A stretch of DNA of 64,000 nt, taken from contig CP064972.1 in the NCBI GenBank assembly GCA_016699405.1, positions 2,696,165 to 2,760,164 on the forward strand, in the 5' to 3' direction. The notes beneath the pieces are model-generated. The model was not told the DNA's origin. It saw only the letters and a list, made by a program, of their open reading frames with translations, and ran no database searches. This document shows positions 9,532-32,237 of the stretch, piece after piece. How positions within the stretch are numbered: the stretch's first letter is position 1; every line of letters starts with the position of its first letter. A program made the translations under genes and the position numbers. This stretch comes from Holophagales bacterium. GTDB lineage: Bacteria; Acidobacteriota; Thermoanaerobaculia; Multivoradales; JAGPDF01.

Positions 9532-12335
9532 TGGCGCTGAACCGGGCCAAGGTAGTGCAGGAGGCCGAGCGCTTCGTCGCTCGGGGTCGCATCGGCTCGG
9601 CGATCAAGGAGTACCGGCGCCTGCTCGCCGAGAACCCCGACGACGTCTCGACGCTCAACCGCGTCGGCGATCTCTACGTCCAGAACGACCAGACCGAGGA
9701 CGCGATCCGCCTCTTCTCGGACGTGGCCGAGCGCTACACGCGCGACGGCTTCCACACCCGGGCGATCGCCATCTTCAAGAAGATCATCCGCACCGATCCG
9801 ACGCGGCTCGACGCTTACGAGCGCCTGGCCGAGCTCTATGCCCACGAGCGCCTGGTCAACGACGCGCTGCAGCAGTACCAGGTGCTCGTCGAGTACTACC
9901 TCAAGCACGCGAATCCGGCGTCGGCCTCGAAGATCCTGCAGAAGATGGCGGCGGTGCAGCCGGACGATCCGACGCTGCTGCTGCGCCTCGCCGAGCTCTA
10001 TGAGCGACAGAAGCTGCACGACAAGGCGCTTGCCGAGTACCGCAAGATCGCCGAGCTGATGCTGCGCCACGGCAAGGCCGAGGAGGCGCACAAGGTCTTC
10101 GCGCGCGCCCTCGAGCTGGCGCCGCAGGACCTGAGCTTCGTCACCGACATGGTGCTCGGCCTCAAGGACGCCGGCCACCTCGGCCTCGCCGCTCGTCTTC
10201 TGACGCGCGCCGTCGAGCTCAACCCGCTGGCGGAGCGGATCGCCAAGCTCGCCGGCGGGCTCGGCCGAACGACTCAGGCCGTCCCGGTCGTCGCGCCTCC
10301 GCCGGCCGCCGATCCGGTCTGGGAGCTCGCACCCGCCGAGCCCGACCCGCTGCCTTCCGCTCCGCCGGTCTCGTCCCCCTTCGCGCCGCCGGCGGCGACC
10401 GAGTGGAATCCCGAGCCGCTCGGAGAAGAGGACCTGGTCATCGACCTGGATCTCGACAGCGCTGCGCCGCTCGCCGGTCTCGACGTCATCGGACCGGTGC
10501 CGGCGATGCCGGCGCCGTCGCGCCAGGACACGGCGCCGCCGGTCTTTTCTGCCGACGAGATCGAGATCGAGCTGGAGCTCGACGACGACGCGCATCCCTC
10601 GACCTGGGTCGAGCCGCCCTCGGACATGCTGGCGTCGCCCGTCCGGCAGGCGTTCGAGGCGCCGGGGCCGGCGCCCCAGGCGTTCTCGCTCGATCTCGGA
10701 CCGGACGAGGGAGAGTCGTTCGCCGGCGAGGTCGTCCCGTCGGCCGACCTGCCGCCGGACATCGACTGGAACTTCGAAGATGCCGCGCTCGACCTCGACG
10801 TGGAGCTGCCGGAGATCTCGCTGGACGCCTCCGATCCCCACCTCTCGCTTTCGGCTTCGCCGGCGATGCCGGAGGTCGGATCGGGTGCCAACGGCCTGAC
10901 GACGGTGCCGCTCGACACCGCGGCGCTCGAGCGCTCGGTGCAGGAGATCCAGCGCAAGCCGCCGCCGCGCGAAGCCGAGTTGCTCGCCGAGGCGGAGGTC
11001 TTTGCCAAGTACGAGCTGATGGAGAAGGCGCTCGACCGCGTGCGCGAAGTGCTCCAGATGAGCCCCAAGCACCTCGGCGCGCTCGCGCTCGCCGTCCAGC
11101 TCCACATGAAGGAAGGCAAGCCCGAGCGCGCGCTGTCGCGGGCCCAGCAGCTCGCTCGAGCGGCGACCGAAGCCGGCAAGCCGGAGGCCTGGAGCTCCGT
11201 CCGGCAGAAGCTGATTCACGCCGGGCTCGATCTTTCGGGGGCCGAGTTCGCCATCGCCTCGCACGAGGATGGGTTGTCCCAGCTGGTCGATTCGCTGGTG
11301 CCGCATCCGCCGCGCCGGCCGAGTGCGCCGGCAGCGGCGGCCAAGCCCACCCGGCCGGCCAAGCCCGCTAAACAGATCGAGGCCGAGCTCGATCTCCTGG
11401 CCTCGCAGGTGCTGACCAAGCCGGTGAAGGGCAAGCCGAAGGCCGCCCCGCCGCGGGCGGTCGCCGCGGAGGCTCCTCCGACCGCTTCGGCGCCGCCGGT
11501 CCCGCCGGCGATCCCCGAGATCCCGGCGCCGCGCGCCGCTACCCCGACGCCGCGGGCGGACGAACGGCTCGAGCTGCCGCCGCCGGCGTTCTCGTCCGGT
11601 CCGGGGTTCGGCGCCGCCGACCACGACGGCCTCGGCGCGGTCGACGAGGACGAGTTGCCAGGGATCCGCATTCCGATGAAGCCGGCAACGGCCAGGCCGG
11701 CGCCCGCGCCCGCGCGGCAGGCCGCCTCGCCCGACGAGCTCGACTGGCTGGACGACGCGCTCGCCAAGGCCCCGGCGGCGCAGCAGGCCGACGAGAAGCT
11801 CTTCGACGACGAAGAGGGGTTCTTCGATCTCGCCGCCGAGCTCGAGCAGGAGCTGTCGAAGGACGACCTCTTCGACGGCGGCGACCTGCTGCCGATGCCC
11901 AAAGAGCCGTCGCTCGAGGAGATCGTCGAAGGGTTCAAGAAGGGCGTCGCCGAGAGCCTCTCGCCCGAGGACGTCGACACGCACTACAACCTCGGCATCG
12001 CCTACCGTGAGATGGGCCTGCTCGACGACGCCATCGGCGAGTTCCAGGTCGCCGCCAAGGACCCGCGCTACCTCGTCGAGTGCTCGTCGATGCTGGGCAT
12101 CTGTTTCCTCGACAAGGGGTTGCCCGAGCTCGCGGTGAAGTGGTACCGGCGGGCGCTCGATTCCCCGGGGCTCAACGAGGAGACGTCGCTCGGCCTGCTC
12201 TACGATCTGGGCAACGCCCAGATGGCCGCCGGCGACAAGGCCGCCGCGCGCGAGACCTTCGGCGAGGTCTACGGCGCCAACGCGAACTTCCGCGACATCG
12301 CCGCGGTCCTCGCCGAGCTCGGCGCCGACGCCTGA
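9531..12335 (+). CDS. TPR-repeat protein with a long Pro/Ala/Asp/Glu-rich low-complexity linker
   Basis: The N-terminal 250 aa and C-terminal 150 aa are TPR-like (for example YNLGIAYREMGLLDDAIGEFQVAAKDP). The central ~500 aa are acidic and proline-rich (PAPAPARQAASPDELDWLDD). The ATG overlaps the rnhB stop. Confidence 0.8.
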   Translation: MALNRAKVVQEAERFVARGRIGSAIKEYRRLLAENPDDVSTLNRVGDLYVQNDQTEDAIRLFSDVAERYTRDGFHTRAIAIFKKIIRTDPTRLDAYERLAELYAHERLVNDALQQYQVLVEYYLKHANPASASKILQKMAAVQPDDPTLLLRLAELYERQKLHDKALAEYRKIAELMLRHGKAEEAHKVFARALELAPQDLSFVTDMVLGLKDAGHLGLAARLLTRAVELNPLAERIAKLAGGLGRTTQAVPVVAPPPAADPVWELAPAEPDPLPSAPPVSSPFAPPAATEWNPEPLGEEDLVIDLDLDSAAPLAGLDVIGPVPAMPAPSRQDTAPPVFSADEIEIELELDDDAHPSTWVEPPSDMLASPVRQAFEAPGPAPQAFSLDLGPDEGESFAGEVVPSADLPPDIDWNFEDAALDLDVELPEISLDASDPHLSLSASPAMPEVGSGANGLTTVPLDTAALERSVQEIQRKPPPREAELLAEAEVFAKYELMEKALDRVREVLQMSPKHLGALALAVQLHMKEGKPERALSRAQQLARAATEAGKPEAWSSVRQKLIHAGLDLSGAEFAIASHEDGLSQLVDSLVPHPPRRPSAPAAAAKPTRPAKPAKQIEAELDLLASQVLTKPVKGKPKAAPPRAVAAEAPPTASAPPVPPAIPEIPAPRAATPTPRADERLELPPPAFSSGPGFGAADHDGLGAVDEDELPGIRIPMKPATARPAPAPARQAASPDELDWLDDALAKAPAAQQADEKLFDDEEGFFDLAAELEQELSKDDLFDGGDLLPMPKEPSLEEIVEGFKKGVAESLSPEDVDTHYNLGIAYREMGLLDDAIGEFQVAAKDPRYLVECSSMLGICFLDKGLPELAVKWYRRALDSPGLNEETSLGLLYDLGNAQMAAGDKAAARETFGEVYGANANFRDIAAVLAELGADA

Positions 12336-12351
12336 CCGGGCTCGCCGGCCC

Positions 12352-13335
12352 TCACCAACCCAGCAGGTAGGCGAAGACGAGCGGCGCGACGATCGTCGCG
12401 TCGGACTCGATGATGTGCTTGGGCGTCGGCACGTCGAGCTTGCCCCAGGTGATCTTCTCGTTCGGCACGGCCCCGGAATAGGAGCCGTAGCTGGTGGTCG
12501 AGTCGCTGATCTGGCAGAAATAGCCCCAGAACGGGATGTCGTGGATGCCCATGTCCTGATAGAGCATCGGCACGACGCAGATCGGGAAGTCGCCGGCGAT
12601 GCCGCCGCCGATCTGGAAGAAGCCGATCGACGACTTGGCGCTCTCGGCGCGGTACCACTCGGCGAGGAAGGTCATGTACTCGATGCCGGTGCGCACCGTG
12701 TGGACGTTCTTGATGTTCCCCTTGAGGACGTGGCCGGCGTACATGTTGCCGAGCGTGGCGTCTTCCCAGCCGGGGACGATCATCGGCAGGTTCTTCTCCG
12801 CCGCGGCCATCAGCCAGGAGTCCTTCGGGTCGATCTGATAGCTGCCGGCGAGCTTGCCGGAGAGCAGGATGCGATACATGAACTGGTGCGGGAAGAGCCG
12901 TTCGCCGCGCGCGTCGGCGGCCTGCCACTCCTCGAGCACCGCCCGCTCGATGCGGCGCATCGCCTCCTCTTCGGGGATGCAGGTGTCGGTGACCCGATTG
13001 AGGTGCCGGTCGAGCAGGTCGCGCTCCTCTCCGGGGGTCAGGTCGCGATAGTTCGGCACCATGACGTAGTGGTCGTGCGCCACCAGGTTGAAGACGTCCT
13101 CTTCGAGGTTCGCCCCGGTGCAGCTGATGACGTGGACCATGTCGCGGCGGATCATCTCGGCGAGCGAGAGCCCGAGCTCGGCGGTCGACATCGCCCCGGC
13201 GAGCGTCACCATCATCTTGCCGCCGCCGGCCAGGTGCTTCTCGTAGTCGGCCGCTGCCCGCACCAGGGCCGCCGCGTTGAAGTGCCGATAGTGGTGCTCG
13301 ATGAACGAACGAATCGGGGTGCTGGCCACGTCCAC
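12352..13335 (-). CDS. Deoxyhypusine synthase-like protein (DHS family; bacterial homospermidine-synthase-like)
   Basis: Collinear with the DHS fold: NAD-binding MVTLAGAMSTAELG, ISCTGANLEEDVF, and the C-terminal GYFCQISDSTTSYGSYSGAVPNEKITWGK region. Confidence 0.8.
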   Translation of the reverse strand: MDVASTPIRSFIEHHYRHFNAAALVRAAADYEKHLAGGGKMMVTLAGAMSTAELGLSLAEMIRRDMVHVISCTGANLEEDVFNLVAHDHYVMVPNYRDLTPGEERDLLDRHLNRVTDTCIPEEEAMRRIERAVLEEWQAADARGERLFPHQFMYRILLSGKLAGSYQIDPKDSWLMAAAEKNLPMIVPGWEDATLGNMYAGHVLKGNIKNVHTVRTGIEYMTFLAEWYRAESAKSSIGFFQIGGGIAGDFPICVVPMLYQDMGIHDIPFWGYFCQISDSTTSYGSYSGAVPNEKITWGKLDVPTPKHIIESDATIVAPLVFAYLLGW

Positions 13336-13553
13336 TCCTCCTTGCCGGGCCCGGGCCGGGAGGGCGCGGGCGGGCCGAGCGGTGATTCTCTAACAATTGC
13401 CGGCCTGCCGGGGGAGAAGCGAAGGGCGTCTCCCGCCACCCATCGCGGCTAGAATCCGTGGCCTGCGGGAGACCCGTCCCGCTCCGGTCGCCGCGGCGGC
13501 CTCTTCAACCACCGGCCGGACGAGCTCGTCCGAGCTCGACGAAAGGAAGTCCC

Positions 13554-14561
13554 ATGACCCGCACCGTGGTTCTGCTCCCCGGCGACGGCATCGGCCCCGA
13601 GGTCACGGCCGCCACCGTCCGCGTGCTCGAGGCCGCCGGCGCTCGATTCGACTGGGAGACGCACTCGGCCGGCGCCGAGGCGCTGGCGAGACTCGGCGAT
13701 CCGCTCCCCGCCGACGTGCTCGACTCGATCCGCCGCCACGGCATCGCCCTCAAGGGTCCGGTGACGACGCCGGTCGGTACCGGGTTCCAGTCGGTCAACG
13801 TGCGACTGCGCAAGGAGCTCGACCTCTACGCCAACCTGCGGCCGGTGCGGACGCTCGAGGGGATCCCGGGGCGCTACACCGGCATCGACCTGGTGATCGT
13901 GCGCGAGAACACCGAGGACCTCTACAGCGGGCTCGAGCACATCGTGGTTCCCGGCGTGGTGGAGAGCCTGAAGATCATCACCGAGCGCGCCTCGACGCGC
14001 ATCGCCCGCTTCGCCTTCGAGCACGCCCGCAAGATCGGCCGCAAGCGCGTCACCGCGGTGCACAAGGCCAACATCATGAAGCTCTCCGACGGGCTCTTCC
14101 TCGACTGCTTCCGCCAGGTGGCCAAGGAGTACCCGGAGATCCAGGCCGACGACCGGATCATCGACAACCTCTGCATGCAGCTGGTGATGCGCCCCGAGAC
14201 CTTCGACGTGCTGCTGATGGAGAACCTCTACGGCGACATCGTCTCCGACCTCGCCGCCGGGCTGGTGGGCGGCCTCGGCGTCGTCCCCGGAGCCAACCTC
14301 GGCGAGAAGGTGGCGGTGTTCGAGGCGGTACACGGCAGCGCCCCGGACATCGCCGGGCGCAACCTCGCCAACCCCCTCGCCATGATGCGCTCGGGTGTCC
14401 AGATGCTGCTCTACCTCGAGATGACCGAGGAGGTCGAGCGCCTGCGCGCCGCACTCCGCCGCACCGTGGTCGAGCGCCGCGTGATGACCCGCGACCTCGG
14501 CGGCACGGCGACGACCACCGAGTTCACCGAGGCGGTGGTGCGCGAGATCGAGCAGGGATAG
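13554..14561 (+). CDS. Isocitrate/isopropylmalate dehydrogenase family protein (NAD-IDH-like, ~335 aa)
   Basis: LLPGDGIGPEV, NLRPV, IVRENTEDLYSG, HKANIMKLSDGLF and NLYGDIVSDLAAGLVGGLG are beta-decarboxylating dehydrogenase motifs. AAAGGAAG RBS. Confidence 0.8.
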   Translation: MTRTVVLLPGDGIGPEVTAATVRVLEAAGARFDWETHSAGAEALARLGDPLPADVLDSIRRHGIALKGPVTTPVGTGFQSVNVRLRKELDLYANLRPVRTLEGIPGRYTGIDLVIVRENTEDLYSGLEHIVVPGVVESLKIITERASTRIARFAFEHARKIGRKRVTAVHKANIMKLSDGLFLDCFRQVAKEYPEIQADDRIIDNLCMQLVMRPETFDVLLMENLYGDIVSDLAAGLVGGLGVVPGANLGEKVAVFEAVHGSAPDIAGRNLANPLAMMRSGVQMLLYLEMTEEVERLRAALRRTVVERRVMTRDLGGTATTTEFTEAVVREIEQG

Positions 14562-14570
14562 GCGGGACGG

Positions 14571-15317
14571 TCAGTCCGCGGAAGCGATCCGCGGACGGGC
14601 GGCGATCCAGCTGAGCAGGAGTTCGCCGTCGGTGCGCCAGCCGCCGGAGAGCGGGTCGAGGCCGGCGGTCGCCAGGGAGAGCGGGCGCCAGCCGTCGAGT
14701 GCCGCGGTGGCCGCGCGTGCCCGGTCGAGGTCGACCTCGACGGCGCGCGTGTCGAGGCGCAAGCCGGCGCGCAGCGCCTTGAGGGCGCATTCCTTGCCGC
14801 TCCAGGCGAGGTTTGCACCCAGCGCCTGGTCCGCCACCGGCCACCTCGCCAGGGCGTCCTGCTCGCCGGGTGTCAGGTAGTCGCGCACGAAAGCGTCGCT
14901 TCGTGGCTCGATCCACTCGAGGTCGCAGCCGAGCGCCAGCCGGCCGGCGCCGACGGCGGCGAGCCCCCAGCCGTTGCGGTGACTGAGCGTCAGCGTGAGC
15001 TCGCCGGGGGAGCCGTCGAGGAAGAGCTCCGGCGCGCCGTCGGGCGCCGCGACGACGGCGAGCGCGGCCGGCTCGGGAAGGCGCTCGCCGGGGCGGAGGC
15101 GAGACGATCGCGCGAGGTAAGCCTGGCGGGCCGTCCAGCGGCCGAGACGCCAATCGGCTCGCCGTGCCGGCAGACGAAGTGCGCCGAGCGTCTGGCGCTC
15201 GCCGTCGCTCAGCCAGTCCTCGCCTTCCGGCAGCTCCGCCGCCGCGACGAGCGCGAGGTCGATCTCCGCCGCACTCTCCGGCGGCACGGGAGCGATGGGC
15301 ACGACCCAGTGCTTCAC
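14571..15317 (-). CDS. Sfp-type 4'-phosphopantetheinyl transferase
   Basis: GCDLEWIEP matches the GxDxE motif and WSGKECALKALRAG matches W(S/T)xKE(A/S)xxKA. It is ~248 aa from a GTG start and lies 17 nt downstream of the ACC-like gene. The long ORF extension to 16040 is an antisense artefact. Confidence 0.75.
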   Translation of the reverse strand: MKHWVVPIAPVPPESAAEIDLALVAAAELPEGEDWLSDGERQTLGALRLPARRADWRLGRWTARQAYLARSSRLRPGERLPEPAALAVVAAPDGAPELFLDGSPGELTLTLSHRNGWGLAAVGAGRLALGCDLEWIEPRSDAFVRDYLTPGEQDALARWPVADQALGANLAWSGKECALKALRAGLRLDTRAVEVDLDRARAATAALDGWRPLSLATAGLDPLSGGWRTDGELLLSWIAARPRIASAD

Positions 15318-15334
15318 CCGCGCTCCCGTCGCCT

Positions 15335-28872
<13,538 letters not shown>

Positions 28873-28903
28873 GAAAGCCTCGGGGCCTGGAGTCGAATGG
28901 TGA

Positions 28904-30589
28904 TCAGACGGCAGCGCCGTCGCGGTTGCGTCCGTAAAGTGCGTCGGCGGCGAGGTCGAGATCGTCGAGCAGCCCGGCCTGGGCTGCCAGGATCCTGGGA
29001 AGGCCGAGCGCGTGAGCGAAGGCCGGCACCTCGTCACCGCCGACGCCGCCGGCACCGACGGACCAGCGCAGCCCCTCGGAGACCACCTTGAGTGCCGCCT
29101 CGCGGGCGAAGGCGCGGGCCAGGGCGGCGAGGGGAGCGGCGCCGAGGCGCCGGTCGCCCTTTTCGGCGAGCGTCCCCGCGGCGGCGCGCGCGGCGCGCCG
29201 GGCGAAGGCCGCGGCGGACTCGGCCCAGGCGGTGAGCTCGCCGACGCGGAAGAGGACGTGCTGGTGGCGAGTCAGACGGGCGACACGCGCGCGCTCGTAC
29301 AATTCGGCGAGCGCGTGCAGGGCGAGCGCGGCGGTCGCTGCCCCGACCTCGGGGTGACGCGATGCCAGCTCTTCGGCGCGACGCGCCTCGGCGTGGAAGT
29401 AGTCGCCCCGTGTCTTGAGGTGGAGCTGCCAGCGGTCGCGCGCGATGGTCATCTCGAGGATCTCCGAGGTGCCCTCGTAGATCGTCGTGATGCGCACGTC
29501 GCGCTTGATCTTCTCGACCAGGTACTCCCGCGTGTAGCCGTAGCCGCCGAGCGCCTGGATGGCGGCTTCGGCGGCGGCGTTTCCGGCCTCGCTCGCCATG
29601 TACTTGGCGATCGCTCCCTCGGTGTTGAGCGTCCCCTCGCCGAGGTCGATCCGCTCGGCGGTCTCCTCGATGTAGGCGCGGGCGGCCTCGAGCCGTGCGG
29701 CGTGCGGCACGATCAGCTTGTGGGTGTAGCCCTGCTTCTCGGAGAGCGGCGCGCCGCCCTGGATGCGTTCGACCGAGTAGGGGATCGCCTTGTCGAGCGC
29801 CGCCCACCCGGCGCCGAGCCCGAAGGCGGCGACCATCAAGCGGGTATAGCCGAAGACCACCTGCGCCTGCAGCAGACCCTGGCCCTCGTCGCCGCCAACG
29901 AGGCGGTCGGCCTCGACGACCACGCCGTCGAGCATCACCGCCGCGGTGTTGCTGGCGCGGATGCCGTGCTTGTCCTCGGGCTTGCCGTGCGAAAGACCCG
30001 GTGTGCCCTTGTCGACGACGAACCAGGTGGGACCGCCGGGGGTCTGGGCGAGGATGCTGTAGAGGTCGGCGTAGCCGCCGTTGCTGATCCACTGCTTCGC
30101 GCCGTCGATCCGGTAGGCGACGATCCGGCCGTCCTGCTCGATCCGTTGCGCGGTGGTGCGCAAGGCGCCGAGGTCGCTGCCGGCCTCGGGCTCGGTGGCG
30201 CCGTAGGCCATCAGCAGGCCGTGTTCGGCGATGGCGCCGAGGAAGCGCTGCTTCTGCTCCTCGGTGCCGCCGAAGTGGATCGGGTCGCTGCCGAGGAAGG
30301 TGGCGAGCACGCCGGTGGCGACGCCGAGATCGATCCGTGCCAGCGTCTCGCAGACGCGGTAGACGTCGAAAGCGCCGCCGCCCATGCCGCCGTAGGCTTC
30401 GGGAATGAACAGCAGCGAGATCCCGAGCTCGCCGCACATGCGACGCACGATCGGTTCGGGAAACTCGTCGCGGGCGTCGAGGTCGAGGAGCGCCGCGTCG
30501 GGAAGCTCCTCGCGCGCGAAGTCGCGCAGCGCTTCGAGGGTGAGATCGAGCGTTTCACGGTCGAGTCCGGCTGGCTGGGCGGCGGGCAT
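28904..30589 (-). CDS. Acyl-CoA dehydrogenase with a C-terminal extension (FadE-like, ~560 aa)
   Basis: ACAD N, middle and C domains: [61 protein letters not shown]. About 170 extra C-terminal residues. First gene of the PKS operon. Confidence 0.85.
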   Translation of the reverse strand: MPAAQPAGLDRETLDLTLEALRDFAREELPDAALLDLDARDEFPEPIVRRMCGELGISLLFIPEAYGGMGGGAFDVYRVCETLARIDLGVATGVLATFLGSDPIHFGGTEEQKQRFLGAIAEHGLLMAYGATEPEAGSDLGALRTTAQRIEQDGRIVAYRIDGAKQWISNGGYADLYSILAQTPGGPTWFVVDKGTPGLSHGKPEDKHGIRASNTAAVMLDGVVVEADRLVGGDEGQGLLQAQVVFGYTRLMVAAFGLGAGWAALDKAIPYSVERIQGGAPLSEKQGYTHKLIVPHAARLEAARAYIEETAERIDLGEGTLNTEGAIAKYMASEAGNAAAEAAIQALGGYGYTREYLVEKIKRDVRITTIYEGTSEILEMTIARDRWQLHLKTRGDYFHAEARRAEELASRHPEVGAATAALALHALAELYERARVARLTRHQHVLFRVGELTAWAESAAAFARRAARAAAGTLAEKGDRRLGAAPLAALARAFAREAALKVVSEGLRWSVGAGGVGGDEVPAFAHALGLPRILAAQAGLLDDLDLAADALYGRNRDGAAV

Positions 30590-30719
30590 GTCGTCGTCTC
30601 CGGTCGGAAGAGTGGACTCACGGCGGCGCGGCTTGCCCGAGCGGGGTGCGAGCGGCGACCTGGAACGCGAGTCGTTCGGCAGCGAGGCTATCGGGGGCGC
30701 TGGTGCGTCACGACCCCCC

Positions 30720-30782
30720 CGAGGGTGGCGAACGCCCCACCCTCACGGTATCTCGCGACAGGCCACCCCTTGGGGTGGGGCA
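30720..30782. promoter_or_regulatory. Clustered short inverted repeats (GAGGGTGG/CCACCCTC and CCACCCC/GGGGTGG) in the divergent ACAD-rarA intergenic region; candidate operator or promoter region
   Basis: cgagggtggcgaacgccccaccctcacgg ... ccaccccttggggtggggc, about 90-140 bp upstream of the rarA ATG and about 130-190 bp upstream of the ACAD start. No -10/-35 could be assigned with confidence. Confidence 0.25.
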
Positions 30783-30864
30783 GCGTGTCGTCGCTCGCGG
30801 CGAAGGTTCGCTCGGCGTCGCCCTGCGGCGAACGCGGAAGATCGTGGAAAGATCGCCGACGGAG

Positions 30865-32229
30865 ATGCTCATGCGACCGACCCTCTTCGACGACCCGAGC
30901 TCGCCTCGACATGACGCAGTGCGGCGCGACGCGCCGCTCGCCGAGCGGATGCGGCCGCGCACGCTCGACGAGGTGGTCGGCCAACAGGCGCTCGTCGGAC
31001 CGGATGGGTTTCTGCGGCGCGCGATCGCCGAGGATCGTGTGCCGTCGATCGTCTTCTGGGGGCCGCCGGGGTGCGGCAAGACGACGCTGGCTCGACTCAT
31101 CGCCGAGACGACCCGGGCCGAATTCGTGCCGTTCTCGGCGGTGACCTCGGGGATCAAGGAGATCCGCGAGGTGATGACCGAGGCGGCGCGGCGGCATCGC
31201 GCGCACGGTGCGCGAACCCTGCTCTTCGTCGACGAGATCCACCGGTTCAACCGGGCGCAACAGGATGCCTTCCTGCCGTTCGTCGAGCGTGGCGAGATCG
31301 TGCTGGTGGGGGCGACGACGGAAAACCCCTCCTTCGAGCTCAACGCGGCGCTGCTCTCGCGCTGCCGGGTCGTGGTGCTCGAGCCGCTCGACGCCGAAGC
31401 GCTCGCCGAGCTCGTGCGGCGGTCGCTCGTCGACGGCGAACGCGGCGTCGCCGTCCAGGGTCTCGAGCTGAGTGAGGAGGCGATCGCGGCGATCGTCCAG
31501 CTCGCCTCGGGCGATGCGCGCAAGGCGCTCAATCTGCTCGAGCTGCTCGCCGCGGAGAGACGGCCCGAAGGGGCGGCGCGCATTACCGAGGTCGACGTGC
31601 AGGCGGTGGCGCAGCGCAAGGTGCTGCTCTACGACAAGGCGGGAGAGGAACATTTCAACCTCATCTCGGCGCTGCACAAGTCGTTGCGTGAGAGCGATCC
31701 GGACGCGGCGCTCTACTGGCTGGCGCGGATGCTCGAGGCGGGCGAGGAGCCGCTTTACGTGACCCGCCGGCTGGTGCGCTTCGCGGCGGAGGACGTGGGA
31801 CTTGCCGACCCGCGGGCGCTCACGCTGGCCGTGACCGCGTGGGACGTCTACGAGCGGCTGGGTTCGCCCGAGGGGGAGCTGGCGATCGCCGAGCTGGCGG
31901 TCTACCTGGCGCTTGCGCCGAAGAGCGTGTCGGTCTATCGCGCCTGGGGAGAGGTGCGACGAGCGGTGGCCGAACGCCCCGCCGAGCCGGTGCCGTTGGC
32001 GATCCGCAATGCGCCGACACGGCTGATGAAGGAGGTCGGCTACGGGCGCGGATACGTCTATGCACCGGACACCGAGGGGGGGATCGCGGGGTTGGAGTGC
32101 CTGCCGGAGGCGCTGCGGGGGGCGCGGTTCTACGTGCCGTCGGGCAAGGGCGAGGAGGAGCGGCTCGGTCGCCGGCTGGAGGAGTTCGCGCGGCGGCGGG
32201 AGGAGGCGCGGCAGCGCGGGAACGACTGA
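30865..32229 (+). CDS. rarA: Replication-associated recombination protein A (AAA+ ATPase RarA/MgsA)
   Basis: GPPGCGKTTLARLIA (Walker A), LFVDEIHRFNRAQQDAFLP (Walker B/sensor), and the MgsA C-terminal helical domain (ALHKSLRESDPDAALYWLARML). Confidence 0.9.
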   Translation: MLMRPTLFDDPSSPRHDAVRRDAPLAERMRPRTLDEVVGQQALVGPDGFLRRAIAEDRVPSIVFWGPPGCGKTTLARLIAETTRAEFVPFSAVTSGIKEIREVMTEAARRHRAHGARTLLFVDEIHRFNRAQQDAFLPFVERGEIVLVGATTENPSFELNAALLSRCRVVVLEPLDAEALAELVRRSLVDGERGVAVQGLELSEEAIAAIVQLASGDARKALNLLELLAAERRPEGAARITEVDVQAVAQRKVLLYDKAGEEHFNLISALHKSLRESDPDAALYWLARMLEAGEEPLYVTRRLVRFAAEDVGLADPRALTLAVTAWDVYERLGSPEGELAIAELAVYLALAPKSVSVYRAWGEVRRAVAERPAEPVPLAIRNAPTRLMKEVGYGRGYVYAPDTEGGIAGLECLPEALRGARFYVPSGKGEEERLGRRLEEFARRREEARQRGND

Positions 32230-32237
32230 CTCTCCCG

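Noticed and set aside
13336-13553. Possible -10 (TAGAAT at about 13452) in the divergent DHS/IDH intergenic region
   Set aside because: No convincing -35 at proper spacing, so it is not reported as a promoter.
14574-14596. Hairpin gtccgcgg-aagcgat-ccgcggac between the convergent IDH-like and PPTase genes
   Set aside because: It has no T-tract and lies within the last codons of the PPTase CDS. It could be a bidirectional terminator, but the evidence is too weak to call.
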